A stretch of DNA of 64,000 nucleotides from Vicinamibacterales bacterium (GTDB taxonomy: Bacteria; Acidobacteriota; Vicinamibacteria; Vicinamibacterales; UBA8438), in assembly GCA_965216615.1 (NCBI GenBank), contig CBDCGH010000022.1, positions 1 through 64,000 on the forward strand, written 5' to 3'. The number at the start of each line of letters is the position of its first letter. Position 1 is the stretch's first letter. The position numbers were made by a program, and so were the translations under genes. Below, one piece after another: positions 17,800-28,318 of the stretch. The notes under the pieces are model-generated. The model searched no databases, was not told where the DNA came from, and saw nothing but the letters and a program-made list of their open reading frames with translations.

Positions 17800-19109
17800 T
17801 TAGAGCCGCTGTTTGATGATCTCCATGTACCGGCGCTTTCGCTTCAGGAACTCGCGCTCGTTGTAAATCTCCCCAAATAGCCCGCGCAGGCCGTCTTCGA
17901 GCTGCTCTACGGTCATGTTCCGGGGCTGGAAGTTCACGTCGAACAGGGTGCAGCGGTCCCAGAAACGTTCCTGGAGGAGCCGGCCCTCGCGCCGCAGCCG
18001 GTCGTAGAGCGGGGTTCCCGGGAAGGGCGTCTGGACCGTGACCTGTACTTCCAGGAGGCCCGAGCGATCGACGAACTCTTTCACTCGCTCGAAGATCTCC
18101 GGTCCGTGATTGTCGAGGCCCACGATGAAGCAGCCGTTGACCGTAATGCCCCGCGACTGAATGTCATCGATCGCCTCGACGTAGCGATCAGCGCGCTTGC
18201 GCTTCCAGTTCGCGGGATCGATACCGTCGAGATCCTTCTCCCCAGGACTCTCGAGCCCGATCAGGATCTGCCGACAGCCGCTCTCTGCGAGCAGGTCGAG
18301 CAACTCGTCGTCGTCCGCGACCGAGATATCTGTCTCCGTGAACCACTCAATCCCGAGCGGAGTGATCGCCTTGAGGAACTCCTTGCCCCACTTCTTGTTA
18401 ATGAACGTATTGTCGTCGGCTAGCTCGAAGAACGGGCGGTCGGCGACCTCGAGACCTGCCCGGATCTCGGCGGCGGCTTCGTCGACCGGCTTCTGTTGGA
18501 ATGAGGACGTGATGCGCAGGCTGGCTGCGCAGAACTCGCAGTTCAGCGGGCAGCCCCGGGAGGTCTGGACGGTGAGGCGGTTGTACGGGCGTCCGGCGAG
18601 CAAGTCGAAGCGGGGACGGGCGTAGTGCGGTGCTTCGAACACGCCCGAGCGCAGCCCTTCGTAGCGCCCCTGCATGCGCCCCCGCTTGAAGTCGTCGACG
18701 AGCTGCCTTTCCGCCACGCGCCCTCGGCGCCGTAGAGCACCACGCTGTCCGCGTGCTCCGCGGCTTCGTCCGGCAACAAGCTGACATGGAGTCCGCCGAG
18801 CACCACCGGAATGCCTGCCGCACGATAGCGATCGGCGAGAGCATAGGCCTCGTCGATCTGCGCCGTGAACGACGAGATGCCGACGAGATCGAACGACTCC
18901 AGTTCCGCCTCGGGATCGAAGTCCTGAACCTCACGGTAGGCGACCTCGCAGTCGTCGGGGGTGAGCGCCGCCACCGTGAGCAGGCCGAGGCTGGGTAGCG
19001 ACGCCACGACCTTTCCGCGGCTGACGAACTGTGGAAGGGTGACGCCCAGCTTGACCAGGTCGGGATTCTTGATTCGGACGCCGCTCATCGCGATGAGTCC
19101 GACCTTCAT
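17800..19109 (-). pseudogene. B12-binding radical SAM enzyme (class B, methyltransferase-like), frameshifted between the B12 and radical SAM domains
   Basis: ORF 18543..19109 encodes a cobalamin-binding domain (MKVGLIAMSG...GIPVVLGGLHVSLLPDEAAEHADSVVLYGAEGAW). ORF 17800..18717 encodes the radical SAM core (RGCPLNCEFC) plus a C-terminal domain. The frames meet in ggcggaaaggcag (~18700-18718), where a 1-nt indel would fuse them into a ~436-aa protein. Confidence 0.72.
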
Positions 19110-19345
19110 CGCTTTGTCTCCACGTCCCTCAAGAGATCGAGCACCTGCCGCAGCGTGCGGAGCCCTGCGAGATGTTCGTCGGGAAAGCGCACCCCGAAAC
19201 GCTTCTCGGTTGCCGCGAGCACACGGAGAGCGGCAAGACTGTCGAAGCCCAACTCTCGAACCAGGTCGTCGTCGAGCCCGACGCTGTCCACGTCGAGACG
19301 GGACTGACGAGCGAGGATCTCCCGCAGCTCAGTTTCCTGCGACAT
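19106..19345 (-). CDS. Acyl carrier protein
   Basis: 79 aa. Phosphopantetheine-attachment motif LGFDSLAALRV. ATG at 19345 with an AGGAGAG RBS. Its stop overlaps the start of the B12-radical SAM gene (ATGA). Confidence 0.8.
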   Translation of the reverse strand: MSQETELREILARQSRLDVDSVGLDDDLVRELGFDSLAALRVLAATEKRFGVRFPDEHLAGLRTLRQVLDLLRDVETKR

Positions 19346-20909
19346 GGGCGCTCTCCTGCGCGACAAGCCGTCGCCGGATCTTGCCCGACATCGTTCGTGG
19401 CAAGGGGTGCTCGAGTCGAACCATGCGAGACACTCTCAAACGTGCGGGCGCCGCCGCGCGCAGATGGTCGAAGGCGTCCCGGATCCGATCGTCCAGGAAG
19501 TCTTGTGCTTTGGGAACGACGAAGAGGACGGGGATGTCGTTGCCGTCCGGCGCGCTCACGGGAGCCACGCACAGCTCGTCGAACAACGGATGCGCATAGT
19601 GGGACTCCACCTCGTCCGGGTAGATTGTCTCGCCAGAGGCGGTGACCATCGCCTCCTTGATCCGGCCGGTCACGAACAGGAAGCCGTCTTCGTCCAGGCG
19701 ACCCCGGTCTCCCGTTCGCAGCCAGCCGTCCTGGAGCACAGTAGCGCTCGCCGCGGGATCCTTGAAGTAGCCACGCATGACGTTCGGCCCGCGCACCAGA
19801 ATCTCGTCGTCACGACCGACACGCACCTCGACGCCGGGCAGCGCGCGCCCGGAGGAGCCGGCTGGGCACTCGCCAGCAAACCCCACCGTCACGATGGGAC
19901 TGGTCTCGGTCAGGCCGTAGCCCACGTCCAGACGGATCCCGAGCTGGCTCAGGACCCCTGCCCACGCGGGATCGAGCGCGGCGCCCCCGACGATGAGCGT
20001 GTGCAGTGTCCCGCCGATCTTTTCGCGAACCCTGCGACGAAGACACTCGTCCGACCGTAGAGCCCCCGCAATCCGTCTGGGGTCACCACCGTGAAGATCC
20101 GCCTCGATCGCATCCGGCTCGCGAAGCTCCTCCAAGGCCTGGGTAATGAGCTCGTGGACGAGGGAGGGCACCGTCAGCGCGAGCGTGATGTCGTCCTCGC
20201 GAAGGCAAGCCAGCAGCCGGTTGGGCAAGGGCGGACCGGGAAAGACCACCCGCGCGCCACAGGCCAGGGGACCAAGGAGTCCCGCCGTCAGACCGAACAG
20301 ATGAGCGGGTGTTACCGCTGCGAGCATTCCGTCTTCCGGTCCTGCGTCCCGGGTCTCGGAGAGGGCTCGCAGATTGCTGAGCAGGTTCGCATGGCTGATT
20401 TGAACGATGCGCGGTCTCCCGGTGCTGCCGGACGTGAACGCCAGCAGGGCGACGTCATCCGGCGCGCTCTCGGCCGCGACGCACGGCTCTCCCCCAAACA
20501 GGCGATCCGGCGTGAGCATCTCGAGGCGTCGGAACCCGCGTCTCAGCTTCCCAGTGCCAGGATCGACGATGGCGACCTTTGCGCCGGTGTACATGGCGAC
20601 CTTCGACGCCAGCGACCGCTCCACCTCAACGGGAAGCGGGACGGCGACCGCGCCGGCTGCCTGAATGGCGAAAAACGCCGCCGCCCAATCGGGTCCCGGC
20701 GTGGCCATCAGAATCACGCGTTGGCCCGGTCGTACGCGGTGGGCCTGTAGGGCGCCCGCTCCTCGAGAGGCGTCGTTCCACAATCCTGCGTACGATCGAC
20801 CGCCATTCCCTGTCGACCGCGGTCGTGTGACGGCCGGGAAGTTGCCGAACCGCGCCGCGCTTCGTTGAAGAAGCTCGGGCAGAGATCTCGACGGGCCGAC
20901 GTTATCCAT
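19329..20909 (-). CDS. Acyl-AMP/acyl-CoA ligase (AMP-dependent synthetase; FAAL-like, upstream of an ACP)
   Basis: ANL superfamily motifs FTSGSTGRPR, GYGLTETS and TGDRGRLDEDGFLFVTGR, with a C-terminal SGKIRRR. It overlaps the downstream ACP gene by 17 nt. Confidence 0.85.
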   Translation of the reverse strand: MDNVGPSRSLPELLQRSAARFGNFPAVTRPRSTGNGGRSYAGLWNDASRGAGALQAHRVRPGQRVILMATPGPDWAAAFFAIQAAGAVAVPLPVEVERSLASKVAMYTGAKVAIVDPGTGKLRRGFRRLEMLTPDRLFGGEPCVAAESAPDDVALLAFTSGSTGRPRIVQISHANLLSNLRALSETRDAGPEDGMLAAVTPAHLFGLTAGLLGPLACGARVVFPGPPLPNRLLACLREDDITLALTVPSLVHELITQALEELREPDAIEADLHGGDPRRIAGALRSDECLRRRVREKIGGTLHTLIVGGAALDPAWAGVLSQLGIRLDVGYGLTETSPIVTVGFAGECPAGSSGRALPGVEVRVGRDDEILVRGPNVMRGYFKDPAASATVLQDGWLRTGDRGRLDEDGFLFVTGRIKEAMVTASGETIYPDEVESHYAHPLFDELCVAPVSAPDGNDIPVLFVVPKAQDFLDDRIRDAFDHLRAAAPARLRVSRMVRLEHPLPRTMSGKIRRRLVAQESAHVAGN

Positions 20910-21206
20910 CGCTATCCATGACGGGACACGAGTCTGACCATCGCACGAGGGATGCCAACGGGCTGGCTTTCATCCAAGTCCTTCTTGCTCAGTTGATTAG
21001 GTCACTCATGGCATGGACGGAACTGTCGAACGCACCGGCGAGGTCGGACATTTTGTGTCAGGCGATGTACGTTAGATGCGCATCCAGGGCCAGCCCAACC
21101 TGGCGGGACACCGTGGCCTACCGGCCGCTGTTCGAGTGGGACTGGGCCCAGTGTTATGCTCGCAACCGTCTTCGGCGCAGGAGCGTCAGAGTTTGGAATG
21201 GGCACA

Positions 21207-22655
21207 ATGACAGAGCCTTCATTGTTTGTTGTTTTCGGCGCCACCGGCGACTTGTCGCGCCGCAAGCTGCTGCCAGCGCTGGCCCGGAACGAGGCCGATG
21301 GGCACCTTCACGAACGCTTTCGCGTCGTTGCGGTCGGCCGATCGCGTAAGGAAGACGAGGCGTTCCGAGAAACAGCTCGTGAGTCGCTGGCGGACGCGGG
21401 GTTCGACAACGCCGAGATTCAGAGATCGGCGAGCCGTATCCACTATCAGGGCCTAGGCGAGGGAACGACGGAGGACTACCGGGCGCTCGGCAGGCGGCTC
21501 GAGCATCTGGGTCGCGAGCACGACATCCCGCCGAACCACTCGTTCTACATGTCGCTGCCTCCGCGCGCGTTCGACCCCACCGTGGGCGGACTAGCTCGTG
21601 CCGGACTCAACGGAGGGCCAGGCTGGACGCGGCTGGTCGTCGAGAAGCCGTTCGGCAAGGACTTGGAGTCCGCCCGTGAGCTCAACTCGCGGGTTCACGA
21701 GCACTTCGACGAGTCGCAGGTCTACCGGATCGACCACTATTTGGGTAAAGACACCGTTCAGAACCTCTTGGTCTTCCGTTTTGCCAACGCGTTCATCGAG
21801 TCGAACTGGAACCGCGAGCGGATCGAAGCTGTGCAGATCACCGTCGCCGAGGATCTCGGCGTCGGGACCCGCGCCGGCTACTACGATCATTCCGGCGCTC
21901 TGCGTGACATGGTGCAGAACCACCTCACACAGCTGCTGACGCTTGTGGCCATGGAAGTGCCGACATCGTTCTCGGCCGAGGCCATCCGCAACGAGAAGAT
22001 CAAAGTCCTGAAGTCCATCCAACCGCTGGACATCGACAATGTCGTCCGGGGCCGGTACACGCGGGGCGAAGTTCGAGGCGAGACTATTCCTGGCTACCTC
22101 GAGTCCGAGGGCGTGGCCGATGATTCGACGACAGAGACGTTTGTCGCGCTCAAGATGTTTGTCGACTCATGGCGTTGGCAGGGCGTGCCGTTCTTCCTAC
22201 GAACGGGGAAGTGCTTGCCCCGGAAGACGACGCAGATCACGGTACGATTCCGCCGGGCTCCGGTCAGCTTCTTCAATCGGATGGGGTGCGATGCCGACAC
22301 AAGCGACGTGTTGACCATCACGCTGCAGCCCAACGAGGGTTTTACGTTCTATCTGGACATCAAGAAACCGAGCTCGTCGCTCGAGATCGAGCGTATTCCG
22401 CTGCGATTCCGCTACGATACCCACTTCGAGCAGACGATGCCGGACGCCTACCGGACGCTGTTGCTTGACGTGCTCAAAGGTGACCAGACGCTCTTCGTGC
22501 ACGCCGACGAAGTCGAGGAGAGCTGGCGCGTGTACAAGCCTCTCATCGAGACCCCCCCCAAGCCATGCGACTACGTCGCTGGCACGTGGGGACCGCCGGA
22601 AGCCGACGGGTTGGCGGTCCCCGAAGCGCTTCTTCTGCCGCGAGAACCCGCTTAG
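21207..22655 (+). CDS. zwf: Glucose-6-phosphate 1-dehydrogenase
   Basis: FVVFGATGDLSRRKLLPAL NADP-binding motif, RIDHYLGKD active-site motif, and full-length colinearity. The start may be 21198 or 21207. Confidence 0.93.
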   Translation: MTEPSLFVVFGATGDLSRRKLLPALARNEADGHLHERFRVVAVGRSRKEDEAFRETARESLADAGFDNAEIQRSASRIHYQGLGEGTTEDYRALGRRLEHLGREHDIPPNHSFYMSLPPRAFDPTVGGLARAGLNGGPGWTRLVVEKPFGKDLESARELNSRVHEHFDESQVYRIDHYLGKDTVQNLLVFRFANAFIESNWNRERIEAVQITVAEDLGVGTRAGYYDHSGALRDMVQNHLTQLLTLVAMEVPTSFSAEAIRNEKIKVLKSIQPLDIDNVVRGRYTRGEVRGETIPGYLESEGVADDSTTETFVALKMFVDSWRWQGVPFFLRTGKCLPRKTTQITVRFRRAPVSFFNRMGCDADTSDVLTITLQPNEGFTFYLDIKKPSSSLEIERIPLRFRYDTHFEQTMPDAYRTLLLDVLKGDQTLFVHADEVEESWRVYKPLIETPPKPCDYVAGTWGPPEADGLAVPEALLLPREPA

Positions 22656-22657
22656 GC

Positions 22658-23368
22658 ATGGTGTCGCCGGACATTCGGACGTTTGCGCCGGGCATGCTGG
22701 CGAGCGCGGCGGCGAACCAGTTCGCGGTGCACATCACCGACGTGATCGCCGAGCGCGGTCGCTGCCGCTTCGGCCTCTCAGGCGGCCGGACCCCGAGGGC
22801 GGTTTACGAGCACATGGCGATGCTGCCGATCGCATGGAGCGACGTTCAGCTGTTCTGGAGCGACGACCGCTGTGTCCCGCAGCAGCATGACCAGAGCAAC
22901 TACGAAATGGCGCTCGCGGCGCTGATCAGCCGCGTCGACATCCCAGACGCGAACGTGCATCGTATCGAGGGCGAGCGCTCCCCCGGAGTCGCAGCGTCAC
23001 GCTATGCCGAGTTGCTCGAGTACGAGCCTATCGACGTCTTGCTGCTGGGAATGGGTAGTGACGGCCACACCGCGTCGCTGTTTCCCGGCGCCGACCTGGG
23101 CTCGACCGCGCGAGTCGTCGCCACCAAGAGCCCCGTTCCGCCCTACGACCGCGTGTCGCTGACGATCCGCGCCATTAACGAATGCGGTGCCGTGTACCTG
23201 ATCGTTGCCGGAAGCGAGAAAGCCCACCGCCTGGCCGAGGTCGCGTCCCAGATCGAGGGCGGCAACCCGACCAGCCCAACTGCGTTCGTGCAACCCGCCT
23301 CTCGGCGGCTCATCTGGATCGTCGACCGCCCGGCCGGCAGCAGACTGAAGGGGCATGTCCATGGCTGA
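22658..23368 (+). CDS. pgl: 6-phosphogluconolactonase
   Basis: FGLSGGRTP, FWSDDRCVP and LLGMGSDGHTASLFPG motifs. It starts 3 nt after the zwf stop. Confidence 0.9.
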   Translation: MVSPDIRTFAPGMLASAAANQFAVHITDVIAERGRCRFGLSGGRTPRAVYEHMAMLPIAWSDVQLFWSDDRCVPQQHDQSNYEMALAALISRVDIPDANVHRIEGERSPGVAASRYAELLEYEPIDVLLLGMGSDGHTASLFPGADLGSTARVVATKSPVPPYDRVSLTIRAINECGAVYLIVAGSEKAHRLAEVASQIEGGNPTSPTAFVQPASRRLIWIVDRPAGSRLKGHVHG

Positions 23369-24776
23369 CAAACTGCAGTTCGGGATGATCGGGATGGCTG
23401 TCATGGGTCGCAACCTGGCCCTCAACATCTTGGACCACGGGTACTCGGTCGCCGTGTACAACCTCGAGCCGGCCCTGACGCGGGCGGCCGTCGAGGAGAG
23501 CGGTGCCCGGCTAGTTGGCACCGAGAGCCTTGCCGATCTGGTTGACCGGCTCCAGACGCCGCGCAAGATCATGATGATGATCAAGGCCGGCAAGCCGGTC
23601 GACAGTGTGATGGAGCAGCTCAAGCCGATGCTTGACGAGGGTGACATCGTCATCGACGGCGGTAACTCTTGGTATGAAGACACCCGGCGTCGTGAACACG
23701 GCTACGCTGAAGCCGGCCTCAAGTTCTTTGGCGTCGGCGTGTCGGGCGGAGAGGATGGTGCGCGCAATGGCCCCTCGCTGATGCCGGGTGGCGACGCCGA
23801 GGCGTATCGGGCGATCCGGCCGATCTTCGAGGCCATCGCCGCGAAGACGGATTCTGGTGCCTGTGTTACCCATGTCGGCCCCGACGGTGCGGGCCACTTC
23901 GTCAAGATGGTGCACAACGGCATCGAGTACGCCGACATGCAGTTCATTGCCGAGGCGTACCACGTGTTGAGGGATCTCGGCGGCCTGGATCCGCAAGCAC
24001 TGGGCAGCGTGTTCACCGAGTGGAACCGCGGTCCGCTCGAGTCGTTTTTGATTGAGATCACGTCACAGATCTTTGCCGTCAAGGACCCGAAGCGTAGCGG
24101 CCATCTCATTGATCAGGTGCTGGACAAAGCCGGACAGAAGGGCACAGGCCGATGGACCGCGCAGGTCGCCCTCGAGCATGGCGTGCCGATTCCCAGCATC
24201 GCGGCCGCGATCGACGCACGGGTGATGTCGAGCCTCAAGAACGAGCGTGAGGCCGCCGAGCGCGTGCTCACGGGCCCCGCTGCTCGGACGTATGACGGCG
24301 ACATCAAGGTTCTGATCGACCGAACCCATGATGCGCTATACGCGGCCAAGATTGTCGCGTACGCTCAGGGCATGGACTTGATCGTGGAGCTCGATCGCCA
24401 GAACACATGGGCCATCGACCTCAAAGAGATAGCGCGCATCTGGAAGGGGGGCTGCATCATTCGCGCGCGCTTCCTCGATGCGATCATGACGGCCTACGAG
24501 AGGGAGCCGAAGCTGCCGAACCTCCTTCTGGACGACAGTCTGCGCGAGGCGGTCGAGTCCCGTCAGAGGGCGTGGCGCGAGGTTGTCGGGCTGGCCCAGC
24601 AGTCGGGCATTCCCGTATCGGGCATGGCGACGGGTCTGGCCTACTTCGACAGTTACCGGACGGCGAACCTGCCACAGAACCTCACGCAGGCGCAGCGGGA
24701 CGCGTTCGGCGCTCACACCTACCAACGCAAGGACGACCCGTCAGGTTCGTTCGTGCACACCGACTGGCTCGACTGA
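23361..24776 (+). CDS. gnd: 6-phosphogluconate dehydrogenase (decarboxylating)
   Basis: FGMIGMAVMGRNLALN Rossmann motif, GVSGGEDGARNGPSLMPGG, HFVKMVHNGIEYADMQ. Full length, ~470 aa. Confidence 0.95.
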   Translation: MADKLQFGMIGMAVMGRNLALNILDHGYSVAVYNLEPALTRAAVEESGARLVGTESLADLVDRLQTPRKIMMMIKAGKPVDSVMEQLKPMLDEGDIVIDGGNSWYEDTRRREHGYAEAGLKFFGVGVSGGEDGARNGPSLMPGGDAEAYRAIRPIFEAIAAKTDSGACVTHVGPDGAGHFVKMVHNGIEYADMQFIAEAYHVLRDLGGLDPQALGSVFTEWNRGPLESFLIEITSQIFAVKDPKRSGHLIDQVLDKAGQKGTGRWTAQVALEHGVPIPSIAAAIDARVMSSLKNEREAAERVLTGPAARTYDGDIKVLIDRTHDALYAAKIVAYAQGMDLIVELDRQNTWAIDLKEIARIWKGGCIIRARFLDAIMTAYEREPKLPNLLLDDSLREAVESRQRAWREVVGLAQQSGIPVSGMATGLAYFDSYRTANLPQNLTQAQRDAFGAHTYQRKDDPSGSFVHTDWLD

Positions 24777-24779
24777 CGA

Positions 24780-25514
24780 ATGCCAGTCACCGCACGGCGC
24801 AAACGGCGGAAACCCCGTACGCTGACGATCGATATCGGTGGTACGGGCATCAAGCTTCTGCCGATTGATCACGAAGGTGCGCCGCTAGCCGAGCGCCACC
24901 GCGAGCTGACGCCGAAGCCGTCCACGCCCAAGGCGATTCTGGCTGTCATCACGGCGATGGTCGCCGCTCAGAAACCGTTCGATCGCGTGTCGGTCGGGTT
25001 CCCCGGGGTCGTCAAGAACGGCGTGGTCAGGACGGCTCCCAACCTGGGCACCAAGGCCTGGAGTGGATTCGACCTCAAGGCCGCCATTGCCGCGGCTACC
25101 AACAAACCGGTGCGTGTCCTCAATGACGCCGAGCTGCAGGGTTACGGTGTCATCGATGGCACCGGCGTCGAGATGGTGCTGACCCTCGGTACGGGGCTTG
25201 GGACGGCCCTCTATGTCAATGGACACCTCGTGCCCAACCTCGAGCTAGGCCATCATCCGTTGCGCGCAGGCAAGACCTATGAGCAGTTGGTGAGCAACGC
25301 GCAACTCAAGAAGGTCGGCAGGAAGAGGTGGCGTCGGCGCGTCGAGCTGGTCGTCCAGACCCTCGAGCGGATCTTCAACTACGACACGCTGCACATCGGC
25401 GGTGGCAACGCCAAGAAGCTGAACGGCGAGTTCGCTGACAACGTGCGCCTGTTTGTCAACGTCGAAGGGCTCGCGGGCGGGACACGCCTGTGGGAAGACG
25501 ACGACACCGCCTGA
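24780..25514 (+). CDS. ROK-family (polyphosphate/ATP) glucokinase
   Basis: [12 protein letters not shown]-terminal ATPase motif, [11 protein letters not shown] and LNDAELQG blocks. ~245 aa, typical of PPGK/ROK glucokinases. Last gene of the zwf-pgl-gnd operon. Confidence 0.78.
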   Translation: MPVTARRKRRKPRTLTIDIGGTGIKLLPIDHEGAPLAERHRELTPKPSTPKAILAVITAMVAAQKPFDRVSVGFPGVVKNGVVRTAPNLGTKAWSGFDLKAAIAAATNKPVRVLNDAELQGYGVIDGTGVEMVLTLGTGLGTALYVNGHLVPNLELGHHPLRAGKTYEQLVSNAQLKKVGRKRWRRRVELVVQTLERIFNYDTLHIGGGNAKKLNGEFADNVRLFVNVEGLAGGTRLWEDDDTA

Positions 25515-25551
25515 CCGGCTCCGCCGAGAACCACACCGCCGAGGACGGACA

Positions 25552-28203
25552 GTGAACGCCGAGAAGCGCCGCCTACTCGAGAGCCGCGAGCAGTCAATTC
25601 CCTGGAAACGATGGGGGCCCTACCTGAGCGAGCGGCAGTGGGGAACCGTACGGGAAGACTACAGTCCGGATGGCAACGCCTGGGACTACATCTCGCATGA
25701 TGCGGCCCGAAGCCGCGCGTATCGCTGGGGCGAAGACGGGATCGCCGGGTTCTCCGACGATTCCCAGTCGCTCTGCTTCAGCCTGGCGCTGTGGAACGGC
25801 CGCGATCCCATACTCAAAGAGCGTCTCTTCGGGCTGACCGGTCCCGAGGGCAACCATGGCGAAGACGTCAAGGAGCTCTACTACTTTCTCGACTCAACCC
25901 CCACGCACTCCTTCATGAAGATGCTCTACAAGTATCCGCAGGCGGAGTACCCGTACGCGGAGCTGGTCGCCGAGAACGACCGGCGGGGCAAGTCAGAGGG
26001 CGAGTTTGAACTTCTCGACACGGGCATCTTCGACGACGATCGCTACTTCGACGTGTTTGCCGAGTATGCCAAGGCCGAATCGCAAGACGTGCTCATTCGA
26101 CTTACTGCGCACAATCGCGGGCCCGATGCTGCTGAGATCCATCTGCTCCCTCAGATCTGGTTTCGTAACACGTGGGCGTGGGGCCGAGACGACCGCCGAC
26201 CGCTTCTGCGCGCCACTCGGGGAAATGCGATCGTAGCGACGCACCACGAACTCGGAACCCTTCGCTTGTACAGCGACGGTTCCCCCCAGTATCTGTTTTG
26301 CAACAACGAGACCAACGAGCATCGGATCCATCGGCGAGAGACGCCAGGTTTTTTCAAGGACGGTATCAACGATCATGTGGTCAGCGGCGACGCCAAGGCC
26401 GTCGACCCTGGGCGAAAAGGGACCAAAGCCGCAGTGTGGCACCGCTTCGAGCTGGCTCCCGGAGAGAGCGTGAGCGTGCGACTCCGGCTGACACCAAAGG
26501 AGCTGACGCGGCCGTTCGAGTCGTTCGATCGGGTTTTCAGCGAGCGCGAGCAGGAGGCCGACGAGTTTTATGCTGAGCTGCAGATCCCGCTGGAGAGTGA
26601 AGACGCGCGACTCGTCCAGCGCCAGGCGCTGGCCGGGATGTTGTGGTCGAAGCAGTTCTATTACTTTGATGTCGACCAGTGGCTAGAGGGGGATCCGACT
26701 CAGCTCCCCCCGCCACGAGAACGGCTCCGCGGTCGGAACTCCGAGTGGCAGCACCTCCGCAATGCCGACATCATTTCGATGCCAGACACGTGGGAGTACC
26801 CCTGGTACGCGGCCTGGGACTCTGCCTTTCACTGTGTCCCGCTCGCGATTGTCGATTCGGACTATGCCAAGCAACAACTCACGCTCCTCACGCGCGCGTG
26901 TTACATGCATCCGAACGGCCAGCTTCCCGCTTACGAATGGGCCTTCGGCGACGTCAATCCGCCCGTCCACGCCTGGGCAGCCTGGCGCGTCTACCAGATC
27001 GATCGCAGGCAGCACGGTGAAGGGGATCGCGTCTTCCTCGAGCGGGTCTTCCAGAAGCTGCTCCTGAACTTCACGTGGTGGGTCAACCGCAAGGACCCAC
27101 ATGGCGACAACCTCTTTCAGGGAGGATTCCTGGGGCTCGACAACATCGGCGTCTTCGACCGCAGCAAGCCACTACCTACGGGTGGTCACATCGAGCAGGC
27201 CGACGGTACGGCTTGGATGGCGATGTACAGCCTGAACATGCTGCGGATCGCCCTAGAGCTGGCGAAGGTCAACCTCGTGTACCAGGATCTGGCAACCAAG
27301 TTCTTCGAGCATTTTCTCTTTATCGCTTCCGCCATGACCCACATCGGTCAGGCAGAGTTCGATCTCTGGGACGATCACGACAAGTTTTTCTACGACGTTC
27401 TCCACGTCGGAGACAACTGTCCAGAGGATTGCCAGGTTACGCCTCTGCGAGTGCGATCCATGGTCGGTCTGATTCCGCTCTTCGCGGTTGAAACCCTAGA
27501 GCCGGACCTTCTGGAGCAGACGCCTGAGTTCGCGCGGAGGATGGCGGCGTTTCTCGAATCACGGCCGGATCTGGCGTCGCACGTGTCAAGCGTGCAACGG
27601 CCGGGCCTCGGGAAGCGCAGATTGCTGTCGCTTCTGAGCGACGGCCGGCTCGAGAGTATCCTCCGGCGACTGCTCGATCCGGCCGAGTTCCTATCCGACT
27701 ACGGGGTCAGAGCCCTGTCCCGACATCACGCAGACCATCCCTACATCTTTCGCGCGAACGGACAGGCACACACCGTGACGTATCAGCCGGCGGAATCTGA
27801 CAGCGGGCTCTTTGGCGGAAACTCCAATTGGCGTGGCCCAGTCTGGTTTCCTGTCAACTTCCTGCTCATCGAATCGTTGCAGAAGCTCCATCACTACTAC
27901 GGTGACGCCTTCACCGTCGAGTGTCCGACCGGGTCGGGCGTGGACATGACTCTCGAGCAGGTCGCGGACGAGCTTGCCCGTCGTCTTTGTGGGATATTCC
28001 TGCGCGACGACACGGGGAGGCGGCCGGTCTTCTCTTTGCACAGGAAGCTGCAAGACGATCCTCACTTCCGCGACTATGTCCTGTACTACGAGTACTTCCA
28101 CGGCGACAATGGCCGCGGGGTCGGGGCGTCGCACCAGACCGGATGGACCGCCACCGTCGCCAAGTTGCTGCAGCCCCGACGCAAAGAGCGTACGAAGCCT
28201 TGA
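25552..28203 (+). CDS. GH63-family (processing alpha-glucosidase / mannosyl- or glucosylglycerate hydrolase-like) glycoside hydrolase
   Basis: ~880 aa with the [25 protein letters not shown]-terminal signature and an (alpha/alpha)6 catalytic domain ([14 protein letters not shown]). GTG at 25552 with a GAGGACGGA RBS, after the upstream stop. Confidence 0.8.
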   Translation: MNAEKRRLLESREQSIPWKRWGPYLSERQWGTVREDYSPDGNAWDYISHDAARSRAYRWGEDGIAGFSDDSQSLCFSLALWNGRDPILKERLFGLTGPEGNHGEDVKELYYFLDSTPTHSFMKMLYKYPQAEYPYAELVAENDRRGKSEGEFELLDTGIFDDDRYFDVFAEYAKAESQDVLIRLTAHNRGPDAAEIHLLPQIWFRNTWAWGRDDRRPLLRATRGNAIVATHHELGTLRLYSDGSPQYLFCNNETNEHRIHRRETPGFFKDGINDHVVSGDAKAVDPGRKGTKAAVWHRFELAPGESVSVRLRLTPKELTRPFESFDRVFSEREQEADEFYAELQIPLESEDARLVQRQALAGMLWSKQFYYFDVDQWLEGDPTQLPPPRERLRGRNSEWQHLRNADIISMPDTWEYPWYAAWDSAFHCVPLAIVDSDYAKQQLTLLTRACYMHPNGQLPAYEWAFGDVNPPVHAWAAWRVYQIDRRQHGEGDRVFLERVFQKLLLNFTWWVNRKDPHGDNLFQGGFLGLDNIGVFDRSKPLPTGGHIEQADGTAWMAMYSLNMLRIALELAKVNLVYQDLATKFFEHFLFIASAMTHIGQAEFDLWDDHDKFFYDVLHVGDNCPEDCQVTPLRVRSMVGLIPLFAVETLEPDLLEQTPEFARRMAAFLESRPDLASHVSSVQRPGLGKRRLLSLLSDGRLESILRRLLDPAEFLSDYGVRALSRHHADHPYIFRANGQAHTVTYQPAESDSGLFGGNSNWRGPVWFPVNFLLIESLQKLHHYYGDAFTVECPTGSGVDMTLEQVADELARRLCGIFLRDDTGRRPVFSLHRKLQDDPHFRDYVLYYEYFHGDNGRGVGASHQTGWTATVAKLLQPRRKERTKP

Positions 28204-28318
28204 TCGTCCTAGGCCGCCTCGCAACAGGTATGATCACTGGCTGTACAGGGTTCGCGCTCGGAGCCTCCGTGGCGCGTTCGTAGCGGCACAAGCGTGCGAA
28301 GAGTAGGGGTATAGGCAC

